This document shows, piece after piece, positions 1 to 12,436 of a DNA stretch of 64,000 nucleotides. Position numbers and translations under genes: made by a program. The DNA is taken from assembly GCA_000004985.1 (NCBI GenBank), contig GG738846.1. One strand, written 5' to 3'. A model generated the notes under the pieces. It searched no databases, was not told the origin of the DNA, and saw only the letters and a list, made by a program, of their open reading frames with translations. Every line of letters starts with the position of its first letter. The first letter of the stretch is position 1. The stretch is from Naegleria gruberi (Eukaryota).

Positions 1-1427
1 TTTGAAAGCATCCAAAGATTGTTGCTTGATGAGGGCAATTTGAGAAGTGAATAATATGGCAACTTCAGAGACCATTCTTTCCTTAAATTCTTCACACTTC
101 TTGTGAACAACATCTGGAACGTATAATTTAGTTTGATCCATAAAGTGAGCAAGGGTCTTTTCAATAATGTCGTGAGATTTGCTTCCAAACTTGGAAACCA
201 ATTGCTTCTTCTTGAGAATTTCGCTCCATTCAATAATTTGTTCTTCAAAAGGTCTGTACAAGGCAGAGGAAATTTCATCACAACGATACATGGCCAACAT
301 TTCTTTTTGAGTTGGAATATCCAAATCCTTGTTAGCATAAATGACTTCCCAAATATCTTTAGCATACATTTCAAAATCGTCTATTGGCACTGACTTTTTA
401 TACTTTGGATTGAAAACATAGCCCTTAGCGTTTGGATTGACAAATCTATCTCTCATGAGCTCAATTTCCTTATTGAAAAGGTCTTCTTGCAAGAGCTTGT
501 GTGGAAGTGAAGTAAATTCAAAATCGAAAAAGTCTGTCACCTTAGAATCCTCAAATTGTGTTGGCTTCATGATATTACCCCAGAGCTTTTCAACATCCTT
601 GATCATTTGATCACGTAAAGCCTCTAGTGGTGTCATTTCTCTAATATGATCTCTAATAACAAAAAGTAAAAGTGTCTTGGAAGATCTGTAAAATTAAATA
701 ATTAACATCATATTAAAATAAGCACTTGAAAAAGATCAAAAACATACTTGTCCTTAGTAAATAACTGTAAATTCAATTCAAAAACAATACGAAGTAATGC
801 AAGGTTAGCTGCATTATATCTACCAATATCTTGCATCCACATATTTACAAGTAAAACTTCCGAAACTGCCAAAGCAAACAATGAAATCTTTCTTTCAAAA
901 GCCATATTATCATCTCCAGAACCTCTTTCCTTTGAGTCAGTTCCTTCCAAATCCATCAAGAGAATATCTTTATCCAATGTTTTGTTAGCCTTTGCCATAC
1001 AAACTCCTAGTGTAACTTGATAACGACCAGTACTTGCATCCATAGTTGGAAAACCAGCTCCAAAAAGTCTATTCAACAAGGTTGATTTACCACTACTTTG
1101 AGGTCCAAAAACAGAGAGAATATTATAATTATCTCCCTTTCCTCTCATATTGGTTTGACCAACAAATCTATCCAAAGTCTCACTATTTTTAAATTATCAT
1201 GTATATGAATCAATATTATTATCATCATCATATATTCCGAACAATTTCCAATATCAAAACAACAATAACATATATTTACAAACAATCCCACCAATAAAAA
1301 CTCACCTAAATTTTCCTTCACCATCTACCAATTGAACAAAATTAGCAGGGCGATTATCCGATGATGCATTCCCATCAACCTCTCTAGCTGTTGCTTCTGA
1401 TTGTTCGTTGTTATTGGAGAAGGTCAT
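1..1427 (-). CDS. SEY1: Sey1/RHD3 (root hair defective 3) dynamin-like GTPase, N-terminal part; the gene runs off the window start. Exons on the minus strand are about 1427..1306, 1182..748 and 685..1.
   Basis: The translated exons give MTFSNNNEQSE...QLVDGEGKF / SETLDRFVGQTNMRGKGDNYNILSVFGPQSSGKSTLLNRLFGAGFPTMDASTGRYQVTLG... / KSSKTLLLFVIRDHIREMTPLEALRDQMIKDVEKLWGNIMKP.... These match the RHD3/Sey1 P-loop (GPQSSGKSTLLN) and the downstream LLFVIRD block. GTGAGT and GTATGT donors and AG acceptors keep the frame across both introns. Confidence 0.85.
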
Positions 1428-1486
1428 TTTTTGCTGTTATGAAATTAAAATCAATTTTCCTTCTTGTTTTTATTGTTGTGCAAAAA

Positions 1487-1494
1487 TGACGTCA
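1487..1494. promoter_or_regulatory. Perfect TGACGTCA (CRE-like) palindrome inside the roughly 290 bp divergent promoter between SEY1 (minus strand) and the 1716 gene (plus strand)
   Basis: The octamer is read directly from the sequence. It lies between two divergently transcribed start codons at 1427 and 1716. Confidence 0.3.
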
Positions 1495-1715
1495 CAACAA
1501 GAAAGGTGAGAAAATTTGTTTTTAAATTTAAAGAGAGTGTATGGATTTTGATTAACGTGAAGCACATTTATACATGTCGTCATCTATTCGCCATATTGAA
1601 GAGATAGATTGATTTATTATTGCATATTACCATACCGGTTGAGAGTCAATTGAATAAGGTAGCAGCTGGTGCATTTCCCGCCACAAGTTATTATTCCACA
1701 TTAAATTTGAAAAAA

Positions 1716-3614
1716 ATGAACGATAATCAAAATGATGAAAAGGTTGTTGAGGAGGTGTTGAAAACAAAGGTTATTTCTCGTAGAAAAAGGAGAACAAAAA
1801 TTCTGATTCAACCCATTGAAGAAGAAGAAGAAGTAAAAACAACAACAATTGTACCACCACCTGTCGTTGTTGCTCGTAATGTTGAACAATCATCCTCCGA
1901 AGTTAAAGAGGACATTGATCAAAAGGAAAAACAGGAAATAGTGGTTCATCATCACAACAAAAGAAGGAGTACTGGTAGTAATAATGATATGGAATATGAC
2001 GATTCTAGTTGCATTGATATTTCAATAGTGAGTGATGGAATGGATAATAGTCTAGTTGAGGATGAAGTAATGGAAGATAAGACAGATGGTGTCTATTCGG
2101 AGGAAAATAATTCTGGTGGTGAAGAGGATGAAGATGAAATGAATAAGTACATAGATGAAGACGAAGAGGAAGATTCTGATGGCGAAGAAAATCATGAGGA
2201 CAAGCCAATTCAACATGAGGAGGAAGATGATGAAACTGCTGATAGACGGAGATCTTCCTATCCTTTTGTTGAATTATTGTTGGAGAATGAATTAGTCACA
2301 CCACCAATGATTCTTCCATATATTGAGAATAACTTTCATCCAATCTATCATTTGTGGAAACATGGATTTATTCACTTGAATATGAATAGTAATATAATAG
2401 ATTATCATATCAATTATTTGATGAAGTATGTCAAAAAAGTTGATGATTATGAGTATTCTATTATCGAAATTGATGTGAGAGAGTATAGTACCTTGTCTTC
2501 AGTTTTACACTCTCTATTAATCAAAATGTTCGACCACACAAAATTCAGAAAGGTACCTTCCAAGGTTTACTTCTTCTCTAAATTGAGTGAATTGACTGAC
2601 AAGTTTTGCATTCTTCTGAAAGGTATTAACGATTTTGAGTTATTATCAATATTTATGAATTTATTTAGGAATAGTTCTAATAGAATTTGTGTATTTTATA
2701 TTGATAACAAACATTTATCGTTTGATAATGTAAATATCAACTCTAATAATATTATCAATATATATAGTAACATAATTTATAATACAGTAAATTGTAATGA
2801 TATGGATGTAATCAAGTCCTATCTTGTGAATAATATTGTAGAGTTTAGTGAGTATAGGGAGATTTTTGAGGAATTTATAGAACTCTTCTTGAATGTTCAC
2901 ATGAGTATGGAAAAGAATATTATAATATTTATTAAAATAATTCCTAGATTATTCAAACATTGTTTGACTCAAGTCGACACGACGAATGAGATTACCTGTA
3001 TGAGTCTTTTCAAATTGGTGAGCAATATTTCATTCCATCAATTGATAGAAATGTTCGATGTGTACAATTTGAAGGAGCTTGCTGCTAGATCCCTAAATAA
3101 TCCATCTGACAAGAAGAATAATTTGGAAGAATTTTTGGAGAGTGAAAGTATTGGTTCAACCAGTGAATTAATTGAAAAGCACATTATTATTGCAGCCTAT
3201 GTTGCTAGCAAAAATTCGAAACAGTGGGATACACTATTGGATAATTCATTGAAACAAAAGAAAAAGAGGAAAAAATTAGACGAAACATCAAGTGTAAAGA
3301 TTAGCACCAAGACCAATAAGAAACAATTATTTGACATACCAAGATTGTTGTACATTTTCAGAAATATCATTAGCAATTCCCAACATGTAGATTCTCTAAC
3401 TGGTCCAATTGACTATATTCCACACATTTCAAGTCTACTGAGTAAGAATGTCCTCGAATGGAAACGAAAAAAGAATGAAATTTTACAATCCAATATGAAT
3501 AGTGGAGAGCACATGATGACACTTTCTTCCAAGTATTCATTTCCAATTGTGAAAGAATTGGCAACTGAATTGGGAATTAGCACACTCTTTGAACGTTATG
3601 TTGAAGAGGAATAA
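1716..3614 (+). CDS. Hypothetical protein with a highly acidic Asp/Glu-rich N-terminal half; no domain recognised
   Basis: A single long ORF. The ORF track begins at a TTG at 1620; the first ATG is at 1716 (MNDNQNDEK...). The protein carries D/E stretches (EDEDEMNKYIDEDEEEDSDGEE) and the codon bias is AT-rich. Confidence 0.6.
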   Translation: MNDNQNDEKVVEEVLKTKVISRRKRRTKILIQPIEEEEEVKTTTIVPPPVVVARNVEQSSSEVKEDIDQKEKQEIVVHHHNKRRSTGSNNDMEYDDSSCIDISIVSDGMDNSLVEDEVMEDKTDGVYSEENNSGGEEDEDEMNKYIDEDEEEDSDGEENHEDKPIQHEEEDDETADRRRSSYPFVELLLENELVTPPMILPYIENNFHPIYHLWKHGFIHLNMNSNIIDYHINYLMKYVKKVDDYEYSIIEIDVREYSTLSSVLHSLLIKMFDHTKFRKVPSKVYFFSKLSELTDKFCILLKGINDFELLSIFMNLFRNSSNRICVFYIDNKHLSFDNVNINSNNIINIYSNIIYNTVNCNDMDVIKSYLVNNIVEFSEYREIFEEFIELFLNVHMSMEKNIIIFIKIIPRLFKHCLTQVDTTNEITCMSLFKLVSNISFHQLIEMFDVYNLKELAARSLNNPSDKKNNLEEFLESESIGSTSELIEKHIIIAAYVASKNSKQWDTLLDNSLKQKKKRKKLDETSSVKISTKTNKKQLFDIPRLLYIFRNIISNSQHVDSLTGPIDYIPHISSLLSKNVLEWKRKKNEILQSNMNSGEHMMTLSSKYSFPIVKELATELGISTLFERYVEEE

Positions 3615-3758
3615 TAAATATCTATTTCAGTGCTATTACAACCCTTTGTCTAGAGAATACCACATAGTCAATCTCAATACCAAATATTGATTTGCAAAGA
3701 GTTGTGAAATTCACATTCATCCCGCCAAATTTACAATGTCAAAAAAACAATCAAAAAA

Positions 3759-6700
3759 ATGAATCCACCAAATAGCCCGTTTAATAACTCTGGACGTTCT
3801 CCCTTTCAAACGCCACCTCCTTCAAAATCTATTCTTTCATCACCTCTTTCTACTTCGGCTCGTATTTATTCTCAACCTTCAACACCAGCAACACCTTTAA
3901 TTCACCTATCATCACCTAGCAACCTTGGATATAATCATGTACCAATGACTTCACCTATGGTACAACGATCCTTTCCACCAATAAATTCATCATCGGAACT
4001 CAGATCACATAAAATTAGAGTATTGAGAGAAAATATTAACAATTTTTTAATGTTTAATAGTCATGAGGCTGATTTATTTATTCAAGATTTTAGAAAAACA
4101 TCGGATGCTTGGGAAATTTTGTTTGATTTATTATTGATGGAGTTTGGAAATCATGAAATTATACAAGTACGTTTTTAATTCCAAAATTATATAATTTAAT
4201 TTTTATTAGAAACCTTCTGAACAATTTTTAATTGCACAACTCATTTACCAAAAAACAATGCACAATTTCCATCAATTGAATGAAAACCAAATAGAGTGGG
4301 TGAGGAGATACTTGCTCAAGGCAATAGTTCTTTTTCACAACAAGTATATTGCTACACCCATTATTGACTATCGTAATATTGTCTCGAGATTGTGTCTAGC
4401 TCTTGCCATGCTCACATTGAATTGGATTCTAGTGTTGGAGGCAAATTTGGATCAAGTAGATTTGTTTGCAGAAATATTCAAGCCTTTCCAAGACAATATC
4501 TTGTTGGAATATAGTAGTGGAAATAGTAATAGTTTAGTTGTTTATGATACCTCACTTTTACTTTCGCCAAGCTCTCAAATTATTCACGTAAATTTGACTG
4601 ATTGCACTCTTGATTGGTTTGCATTCTTGTTGGAACAAATAGAGACCACTAGCGTCTTTAGTAATTCACAACAAGCTGAATTGAAGAAGGAGATGAGAAA
4701 AATGGAGACTAAAATATTAGAGTATATTAGTACGGTGTTATCTGAAAATTTTCCATCCAATTCGGGTATGTATTTCTGTCTTATAGAGTATTAATCAAGC
4801 AAGTATAGGAAAGGAAATGGAATTTGTGATCAATCTTAAAAAGAAATCGGTCAAGGTTCTACAGGATTGGGTTCGTTTTGGTATCTCACCAGAATTTATT
4901 TTTTCAAATAGCACACTTCTCCAAATATTGTTTGGATTGGCAGAAAGATGTGACGACCTCCTTTCTCCTTGCCTCGAATGTATTAATGATATGCTTCATA
5001 CTACCATTTATTTGAGTAATATTCATATTTTGAAACAATACATTCACAACTCCATTCCAATGCTGTGTTCTAAATATGAAAAATACTGTAAAACCATTGA
5101 AGAAGGTTTGTAGTGATGATTTTGTTATAATTTTAACATTCATCCAACATTTTTCACTTTTTCTATACAGATTTCAGTATGAATATTTGTAGAGATATTA
5201 TCAAATTGTTCATGGTATTTTCTGAAAAAATTAATGATTGGATCATTAATTTGGATGCTGTTGAACAGGCTGTAAAGTACAACACAGTACCGAATGGAGG
5301 ATTACTGGATCCAACAGCAAAACAATTGATAGAGGTTATCAATCAATTATCTTCAGGATCCGACCTTAGTCTAATCGAGCTTACTCATCCTTTCTGGTAT
5401 CATTTACACAATACTGATATTGATCTAATCAAACTCGGTTTGACTAGACCAGAACTCAAGAATATTCCTGAGACTGTTAGATCCCACCTATTACAAGAGA
5501 TTACTAAAGAACTCTCTCCATATCACATGTCAATAATGGAGAAAACCATCAACACTGCCATTGACAAATCCATTCAAACTATTGGATTGATAGATTATGA
5601 TACAGATGAATCTGAAAATTTTAGAGATTCTAGTAAGGAAGTCTTTCTTGCTTGTTATTATGGACTCAGAGGAAAGGTCATTGGAGCATGCGAGGAAAAG
5701 CTTGTTTATCTTTTCCAAAAACAAAGTATTTCCAACTTGCAACAAGGAATGGAACAACTTGCCCAACATTTGTCCAATAATGATCTAACTGAGGAATTTA
5801 TGGAAAAGGTTGCATGTGCCTTGATGAGCACTCTACCAGATCTTGCTCTTTTAGAATCTATCCTGTTTTCCATGAATTCATTTGGTGACCTCATGAAAAA
5901 GCAAGAATGTGAAAACTATTTTGCTGAACTATTCTCACAAATTCAATACTTTTCTGATATTGTAGCTAAACTCTCACAAACTGTATCAAACTTGATAACT
6001 CATCCATTCCATACACAATTCACTAGAATGATTACAACTTTGGTAAAGAATACTTGTGGTGGATGCAGAAACACACAGAATATTCTTATTAACTTGTCCT
6101 CTTACCTCCTAGTTCCATTATTTAAAGCCATCTCAAAAACAGTTGAGGTATTCTCAGATAAGATAGTAGCACTTGGAGAACAACCGATCATTTAGTGTAT
6201 TAACTTTCTCATGAAATCCATGAGTTCATTCCAACAAATTCTCAACTCTAAAGTGTAAGTAGTTTTTTACTTTAATTAATAATAACACAACATAGATACA
6301 ACAATTCGAATAATGTCAAATCAGTTATTTATTCTTCAGTTAGTTCTTTCAACTCTCTGTGTGAAGAAGGTTCAAAGATTTGCAGAAATGATACCAGCGG
6401 TAGAGCATCAGAGTTATTTTTCAATTTGGTAAAGAGTGTGTATGAATTTAAATTCTTGAATCAAATTGAGCACAGTCTATCACATCAAATGTATAGAGGT
6501 ATCAGCTTTATAGTTTCAGCATTACCTTCCCAACAACAAGAGCTGTTCACCCTAGTTTTTAATACTATTTTCGAGTCTATTGAATCACTTTTGAAAGAAA
6601 GGGAAGCCCTCTTGCAATATTCTCAAGGAAACCTCGAAGTTCTCAGCTCTGAAAATGCTCTCAACTCTTCGATCAGTTTGCATTTCGAATTGAGAAAATT

Positions 6701-8087
6701 GAAAACATTTTTGCATGCCTTTGATCCATCTGCTGATGAGCATCTTATTCCAAATATTTCACCACATTTTGACAAGATTTTAAGCTTGACCCTGAGAGTA
6801 TTACATTTATTTGTAAGAATTATTCCTTCCACTTGCACAGATATTAATCAATATTTAACCAATCATTGGGGAACACAAGTTGATCAACACTTGCTTTGCA
6901 ACCACATAACAGACTTGTGGAAGACAATGATAACCACTATTGGAGGTTCAAACCCTCTCGCCATTCCATTCCTTCACAAACTTCTCCGTGTATGCTCTCA
7001 ATTTTATTGCTTTGGTAAAGTGTTGGATTTGGAACAAGGTATTGACGAATCTCACATTGCTGCTTACATTCAACAAAATTCAGTATCTGAAATGGTTCCA
7101 ACATTTGAAGCAATGACAGCTCAATTCCAATCCTCATTCCTCAACTCTCAACCTTATCATTCAATCTTGGAACTTTTTGGAATAATATTATCCGGTATGA
7201 GTCAATCTCCATTCCCAGAAACTTTCATGTTATACTTTGTTCCAATCTTTGTTTTGACCTATAATCTGACCAATTCAGACATTTTCGATAAGAGATTATT
7301 ATGGCTTGCCAAGAAGAAGCAAAAATATGAAAAGTTTTCACCATTCCTCATTGATGTCTTTTCAGAGGATGAGAATGGAGATTTACTAGTGTCATTGTTT
7401 AGATATTTAAACTTTACCTGGAGACTTTATCCTACCAGATACTTGTCCAACCAAATATTCTATTCAATTTTAGAAACCAAGATAACTCAATTGTGTATCA
7501 AATATTTTGATTACAGATCAGAATATGGTGTGTTAGACAAATCCAATGCTGTAGCCGCACCTGTAAAATCAGTTTCGTATTACATTTCTGTCTATTTACA
7601 TGGACTATTGACTGAGAGGGTTAATTTTGAAGGTGAAGATGCCATAGCCCTCCAACAACTCTTTACAGAGACTATTTCAGAGCTTTACTATTCATTTTTG
7701 CCTCATCTTATTGAAAGATCGATTTTCTCTGATACACCAAACTTGGCCAACATTAACAAGATTTTATATTCATTCCAATGCTACAACAAGATGCATTTAG
7801 CGGCTTGTGTTAGCAACTATGTAGCTGGATCGAAATTATTGAATGAACTTGTAGAGAAGGGAAAACTGAGCAAGATGGATATTTCCGTCTTTACTCAAGG
7901 TGTGAGCAGAGCAAACAGTCAAACAATGATTGCCATCAGAAGAGTATTTACTGAATTTAGAGAACGAGTTGAAAATGCCAGATTACAACTTGAACAGGAA
8001 AAAGTTCCAGAAGAACCTTCCACACCAAAGAAAAAGTCATCGGCCAACGATCTTTCCTCTCCACTCAGTATTGGCTCTCTTTTTTAA
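3759..8087 (+). CDS. Importin-beta family nuclear transport receptor (exportin/importin-like), multi-exon. Exon blocks are about 3759-4166, 4297-4765, 4809-5105, 5171-~6195 and ~6340-8087, plus a possible short exon near 6196-6259.
   Basis: An importin N-terminal-like block (EADLFIQDFRKTSDAWEILFDLLLMEF...NENQIEWVRRYLLKAIVLF) is followed by long helical HEAT-like ORF blocks, all in the same orientation. Short GT...AG introns (about 130, 43 and 65 nt) join these blocks with frames preserved. The exact junctions in the 5.1-6.4 kb part are unresolved. Confidence 0.55.
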
Positions 8088-8236
8088 AACTGTACTTGTT
8101 TATAAATTGTTTTTTTGTAATTTTCTACTATTTTTCAATTGTGAAATAATTATCCTCCTCCTTAGTATCCAAACAAGAGACAAATTTGGAAGTATATCAA
8201 AAACACTTAATATTCCAATATGAAAATTAAAAAAAA

Positions 8237-9610
8237 ATGAAAATTCCAACGCAAAAGTTGATCCTCATCACATTGATGATGTTAATGATCATGACAATCA
8301 TGAATGGATTTTTCACACTTGCCTACGAATGGTCTCAACCCAATAGAAATCAATATAGAAATAGATACTTTCCCGAATCAATTTTTGAACACTACTCTCA
8401 TGATTCACAAGGTGGTTTTAATTTAATTCCAGAATCAATTTTAATTGTACCTCCGCTAGGGAGAATATTTGCAATTTCTACTACATCATCAAATATATTA
8501 AAATTTAATAATAATAATATTAAAAATCATGATGATGGTAACAATGAAAAGAAAATGAAGGATATTGGTAGGGATTATAAAAGCCATCTTGTTGAATTTA
8601 ATCAAAAGGAGCAATGGAAGATTCTTTTGGAAATACCGAATAATCTTGAAATGAAATTGAGTATTCCAGCAGAAATGGATAATTTGGGATTTTATTATAC
8701 AGTGATGAGGAATTTAACATCTGGAAATGATTTGATAATGAAATTTCATGTGGAGGGCAGCAGTAGTAGCAAATCATCCTTTCAAATTATTGCCAATTCA
8801 ACATTAATGCCAAGTATTGATTCAATTATTTGTGTAGATCCACATGATAAGATGTTCGTCTTGTCGAATGGAAAGTTGATTAATTACAATGTTATGAAAT
8901 CACACTTGATATGGGTTTCATCACTTACAGGAATTTCAAAGTCAAGTCAAATGCTCTATGATGAAGATTTATTATTTGTTTCATTTAGTGGAGGAATTGC
9001 AAGAATTAATATTGGAAGTGGACATGTGGTTGGACAAACAGAAATTAATCAATATGTAGTTGAATTGAATCCATCAATATTATCATTTGATGAGAGATAT
9101 ATTGTTGGATTTGAAAAGAAGGTTCAAACCTCTAATGCCTACTGGCTGCATATCGTAGATCAAAAGTTTATTACTAAGGGATCGCTCAGTTCAGATCTTT
9201 TGAAAGATAGAAATGGAAAGGTAATTGATTTGAGTAGGTGCTCCAATGTGATGAGTCAAGTGGATAGTATTCTATTCTTTTGTCATGTTTCAAATTCAAC
9301 CAATGAATATTCAATGTACAAGTTTGATATTTCAGAAGATTCACTCAGAGCAACACTCGGGTATCAGGTTGAGTTTCAAGCCAAATCATGTTCAAAACAA
9401 TTGGCAAGATTTGATCACTATTCTTATTTTGCCACTGTTTGTGATTCTCATATTTATGTCTTTTCAATGAATTCTCCACAAATTGTTAGAAAGCCACTCA
9501 ATATTAGAACGAATGAAAATACTCAAATTGTTGGTTCAACAGTGACGTTCTTTGTTCTGACTACAGAGGTGGATACGGTTAATGTTGAAGTTGTTCATGC
9601 AAAGGTTTAA
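8237..9610 (+). CDS. Hypothetical membrane or secreted protein with an N-terminal signal anchor (LILITLMMLMIMTIMNGFFTL); no domain recognised
   Basis: ATG-initiated 457-aa ORF with a hydrophobic N-terminus. Confidence 0.5.
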   Translation: MKIPTQKLILITLMMLMIMTIMNGFFTLAYEWSQPNRNQYRNRYFPESIFEHYSHDSQGGFNLIPESILIVPPLGRIFAISTTSSNILKFNNNNIKNHDDGNNEKKMKDIGRDYKSHLVEFNQKEQWKILLEIPNNLEMKLSIPAEMDNLGFYYTVMRNLTSGNDLIMKFHVEGSSSSKSSFQIIANSTLMPSIDSIICVDPHDKMFVLSNGKLINYNVMKSHLIWVSSLTGISKSSQMLYDEDLLFVSFSGGIARINIGSGHVVGQTEINQYVVELNPSILSFDERYIVGFEKKVQTSNAYWLHIVDQKFITKGSLSSDLLKDRNGKVIDLSRCSNVMSQVDSILFFCHVSNSTNEYSMYKFDISEDSLRATLGYQVEFQAKSCSKQLARFDHYSYFATVCDSHIYVFSMNSPQIVRKPLNIRTNENTQIVGSTVTFFVLTTEVDTVNVEVVHAKV

Positions 9611-9866
9611 TTAAAATAATTTCTTTAAGCTCAAATAAACATTCAAACATTTTCATAGCGAATATTCAAATAAACCTGAAGTGGAAACAAATAAAAGATT
9701 CAGAAATAATTTATATTTACTATGACAAATTATCATTAACAAGTTCAAAAGGAGGATACTTCATCTCCAAAGCAAATTGAATCAATAATAGGATTACCAG
9801 AAAATCCTTTCACAAAATTATTTTCAAAATTAATTTCAAAATATTTTCTCTGAAAAAGAAGGGAAA

Positions 9867-10493
9867 TTATTCATCATTAGAATCATCATGATTGACTTGT
9901 TCCTTATTAGTGTTAACATTCTGTATCTTTTTCTTTTTCAACAATCTATTTGACTTTTCTGGTATTGGAATGAAATTAACATTTTCCTTGAAATGCTTTG
10001 GATCCAATTTTCTCTGTAATTCTATAGAAGGTGTCATGACATGTTCTCCATATTCTCTCCTTCTCTTTTTACTTTTTTCAGTATTAGTATCAAATGAAAT
10101 TACTTCACCATCCGATGATGTAAATCTCTTCTCCTCACATTGTTTAAATTTCATCTTGGAAAGTTTCTTCTGTTTCTTTTTACTGACAGTCTCGGGATCG
10201 ATAAAGAAATCATCTTGTTCCTCCTCTTGTTTTTTATCATTAATTTCATTCAGGAAACTATCCTTTGAATCGATAGAATTTTTGAAAATGTCATCTTCCT
10301 CCTGTGCCATATCATTGTTATATAAATGTTTGTATCGTAAATACATGGATGGTTTTTCTGCATCACATAAATCTCTCTCTTTAAATCGTGAATATCCATA
10401 TTGATTACGTTCTTGTCCGATTTTTGAAAGAACATTTACTTTATGTTGAAGAAGTTGTTTTTCCGTGTGTTGAATATTTGGTCGTCTACCCAT
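9867..10493 (-). CDS. Small, highly charged (K/E/D-rich) protein, probably nuclear; unassigned
   Basis: ATG-initiated 208-aa ORF (MGRRPNIQHTEKQ...) with KKKQKK and KKRRRE basic clusters. Confidence 0.5.
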   Translation of the reverse strand: MGRRPNIQHTEKQLLQHKVNVLSKIGQERNQYGYSRFKERDLCDAEKPSMYLRYKHLYNNDMAQEEDDIFKNSIDSKDSFLNEINDKKQEEEQDDFFIDPETVSKKKQKKLSKMKFKQCEEKRFTSSDGEVISFDTNTEKSKKRRREYGEHVMTPSIELQRKLDPKHFKENVNFIPIPEKSNRLLKKKKIQNVNTNKEQVNHDDSNDE

Positions 10494-11401
10494 TTTTTTT
10501 GAATTTAAAATTTTTTAAAAAACTTAATTATTGTGTTGAAATCAAATAATATTATTATTATGAATCAATAAATAACTTTATAACCATATTATTAGTTGAA
10601 ATATTCAAATTTGTTGTATTTTTATTTATATTACAAAGTAATCTGGTTAGTAGTAAACATATCAATCATTTGTTTAGATATTCTTTGAAAGATCTAATAC
10701 AACAATAGAAGGAGTTTGTTTTTGCTTATCATCTATTAAGGAGTAATTTAGAAAAAAGTCAAATTATTAACCTTGTTTGTTCAACTAAATATGATTCCAT
10801 TCTACATGGGAGTTTTTTGAAGAAGGAGTAGAAAGTTTTGATCTGTTTCTAAAATATTTACAGTAAAACATAAATAGAATATCAACGACAACTTGTAGCT
10901 ACTCTGTGTTCCTTGACCATTGTTATTAAAATCTCATTCATATCAAGTACTACTTCAATAAAAACATAGTTACATAGTATTATCTATCTAACATGCTCAT
11001 CATACAGAGATTAAAAACATGCCAATTCAGCTGACCAATTCAAATGTTCACCATCAATTCAAATGGGCAATTTGATAATTTTGGGTATGAAGGGAGCGTA
11101 TTTTTTTGTGTATTCTCATTTACAGACTCATTTTACAGATAAGAAAAAAAACGCAACAACCCTTACACCTTCTTCTGTTTTACTTCACTCTGTTGAATAG
11201 TAATACCTTAAAACTGGGTGAAAATATTACTATTTGCGCGTCTTTTAAGGCATTCGCACGTGTTGTTGCTGTTAATATCATCTGTTAGTTGCAGCTTTAT
11301 TGTTACTGCCGCTGCTTATTCACTAATTTCAACATTGTACTATATACCCTACTGGTGCTGATTCGCTTAATAACTTTCTTCCACAGTATCCTTAATATAG
11401 A

Positions 11402-12250
11402 ATGGGAGTTTCACAATCAACATTTAGTTCTCTCCCTAAGTGTGTTTGCGACAATCAACTATCAATACATGAGGAAAACATGGATGGAGAGGCTCACTGG
11501 ATTGAAAGTTCTCAGAAATTCTGCCCTCAATGCAAACGCCTGTTGAAGAAGCAACCACTCAGAAAACATCAATCCTTCAGCGACTCACTTCTTCAGAAAA
11601 CAGAATCTGCATCTAGTGTATATCTCTCCTCATCTAAATCCCTTCCTTCTGTGAATAGAAATGGTCATCTCGTGCCGAGTACTCCTCCAAAATCTGCTTT
11701 AACAATCAAGCTATCTACACTTGCTTCATCAGACGATAATCGGCCTGTAACATGTCCTTCCACTCCGCCAAAACCCTCCAAGCTCTCGACAACAACTTCC
11801 TCCCCAATGACCTCTCCAAATTTCCCATCATTAAGAGGAAGTAGTTTTACTTCCCCACAATCTTCTTCCTCCTTTGATCATTACTCTTTTCAAACTAAAT
11901 TAGCCAGGTCTTCGAGTAAGAACCTGATGCTCCTAGGTGCAACACCAATTCCCATTGTTAAGGTAAAGAAAAAGCCTTCGTGTCACTCGTTACCAACCTT
12001 TTCACCTCCCCTCAGTCCACCAAAGTTGGAAAAACTTGAACCACCCTCAATGGAAGATGTTCAAAAGATTGCTCTTAATCTTGGAACATCTTTTCCAAAT
12101 CATGGCACAAAATCATTTCCAATCTATATTTTACCACCACAAGAAGCACCAGAATATTTCAATCCTAAAGGTAAAAAGTTAGGTGATCATCGATCTCAAA
12201 TGGAAGATAAGCAATTGAAACGAAGATTCAGAAGAGTAATTGTTCAGTGA
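11402..12250 (+). CDS. Ser/Pro-rich low-complexity protein with an N-terminal MGxxxS myristoylation consensus
   Basis: ATG-initiated 282-aa ORF beginning MGVSQS, with repeated STPPK(P)S motifs. Confidence 0.5.
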   Translation: MGVSQSTFSSLPKCVCDNQLSIHEENMDGEAHWIESSQKFCPQCKRLLKKQPLRKHQSFSDSLLQKTESASSVYLSSSKSLPSVNRNGHLVPSTPPKSALTIKLSTLASSDDNRPVTCPSTPPKPSKLSTTTSSPMTSPNFPSLRGSSFTSPQSSSSFDHYSFQTKLARSSSKNLMLLGATPIPIVKVKKKPSCHSLPTFSPPLSPPKLEKLEPPSMEDVQKIALNLGTSFPNHGTKSFPIYILPPQEAPEYFNPKGKKLGDHRSQMEDKQLKRRFRRVIVQ

Positions 12251-12436
12251 ATACTGTAGAGTATTTCAATATAATGAAAATGTAAATAAAACAATCTTTA
12301 AATGGATAATTCTTTAATTGAGATAAACATGATTTTAGAAAATAAGGCAATCTATTATTAATAAAAATCTTTGATCCATTGGAGTTGGAGGTTTGTGACT
12401 CCGTCCCATCACACTTCAATATTGTTAAAAAAAAAT

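Noticed and set aside
133-393. ORF-track entries beginning with M at non-ATG positions (for example 133, 1620, 34125, 42065, 44319, 6426)
   Set aside because: These starts fall on TTG, GTG or CTG codons, so the track evidently uses an alternative-start table. For a eukaryotic nuclear genome I moved starts to the first in-frame ATG, or treated the block as an internal exon.
10500-11400. 900-bp AT-rich intergenic region with small ORFs (11106-11546) and a cattttacag motif
   Set aside because: It is most likely the promoter or 5'UTR (possibly with a 5'UTR intron) of the 11402 gene. There is no coding signal or recognisable RNA gene.
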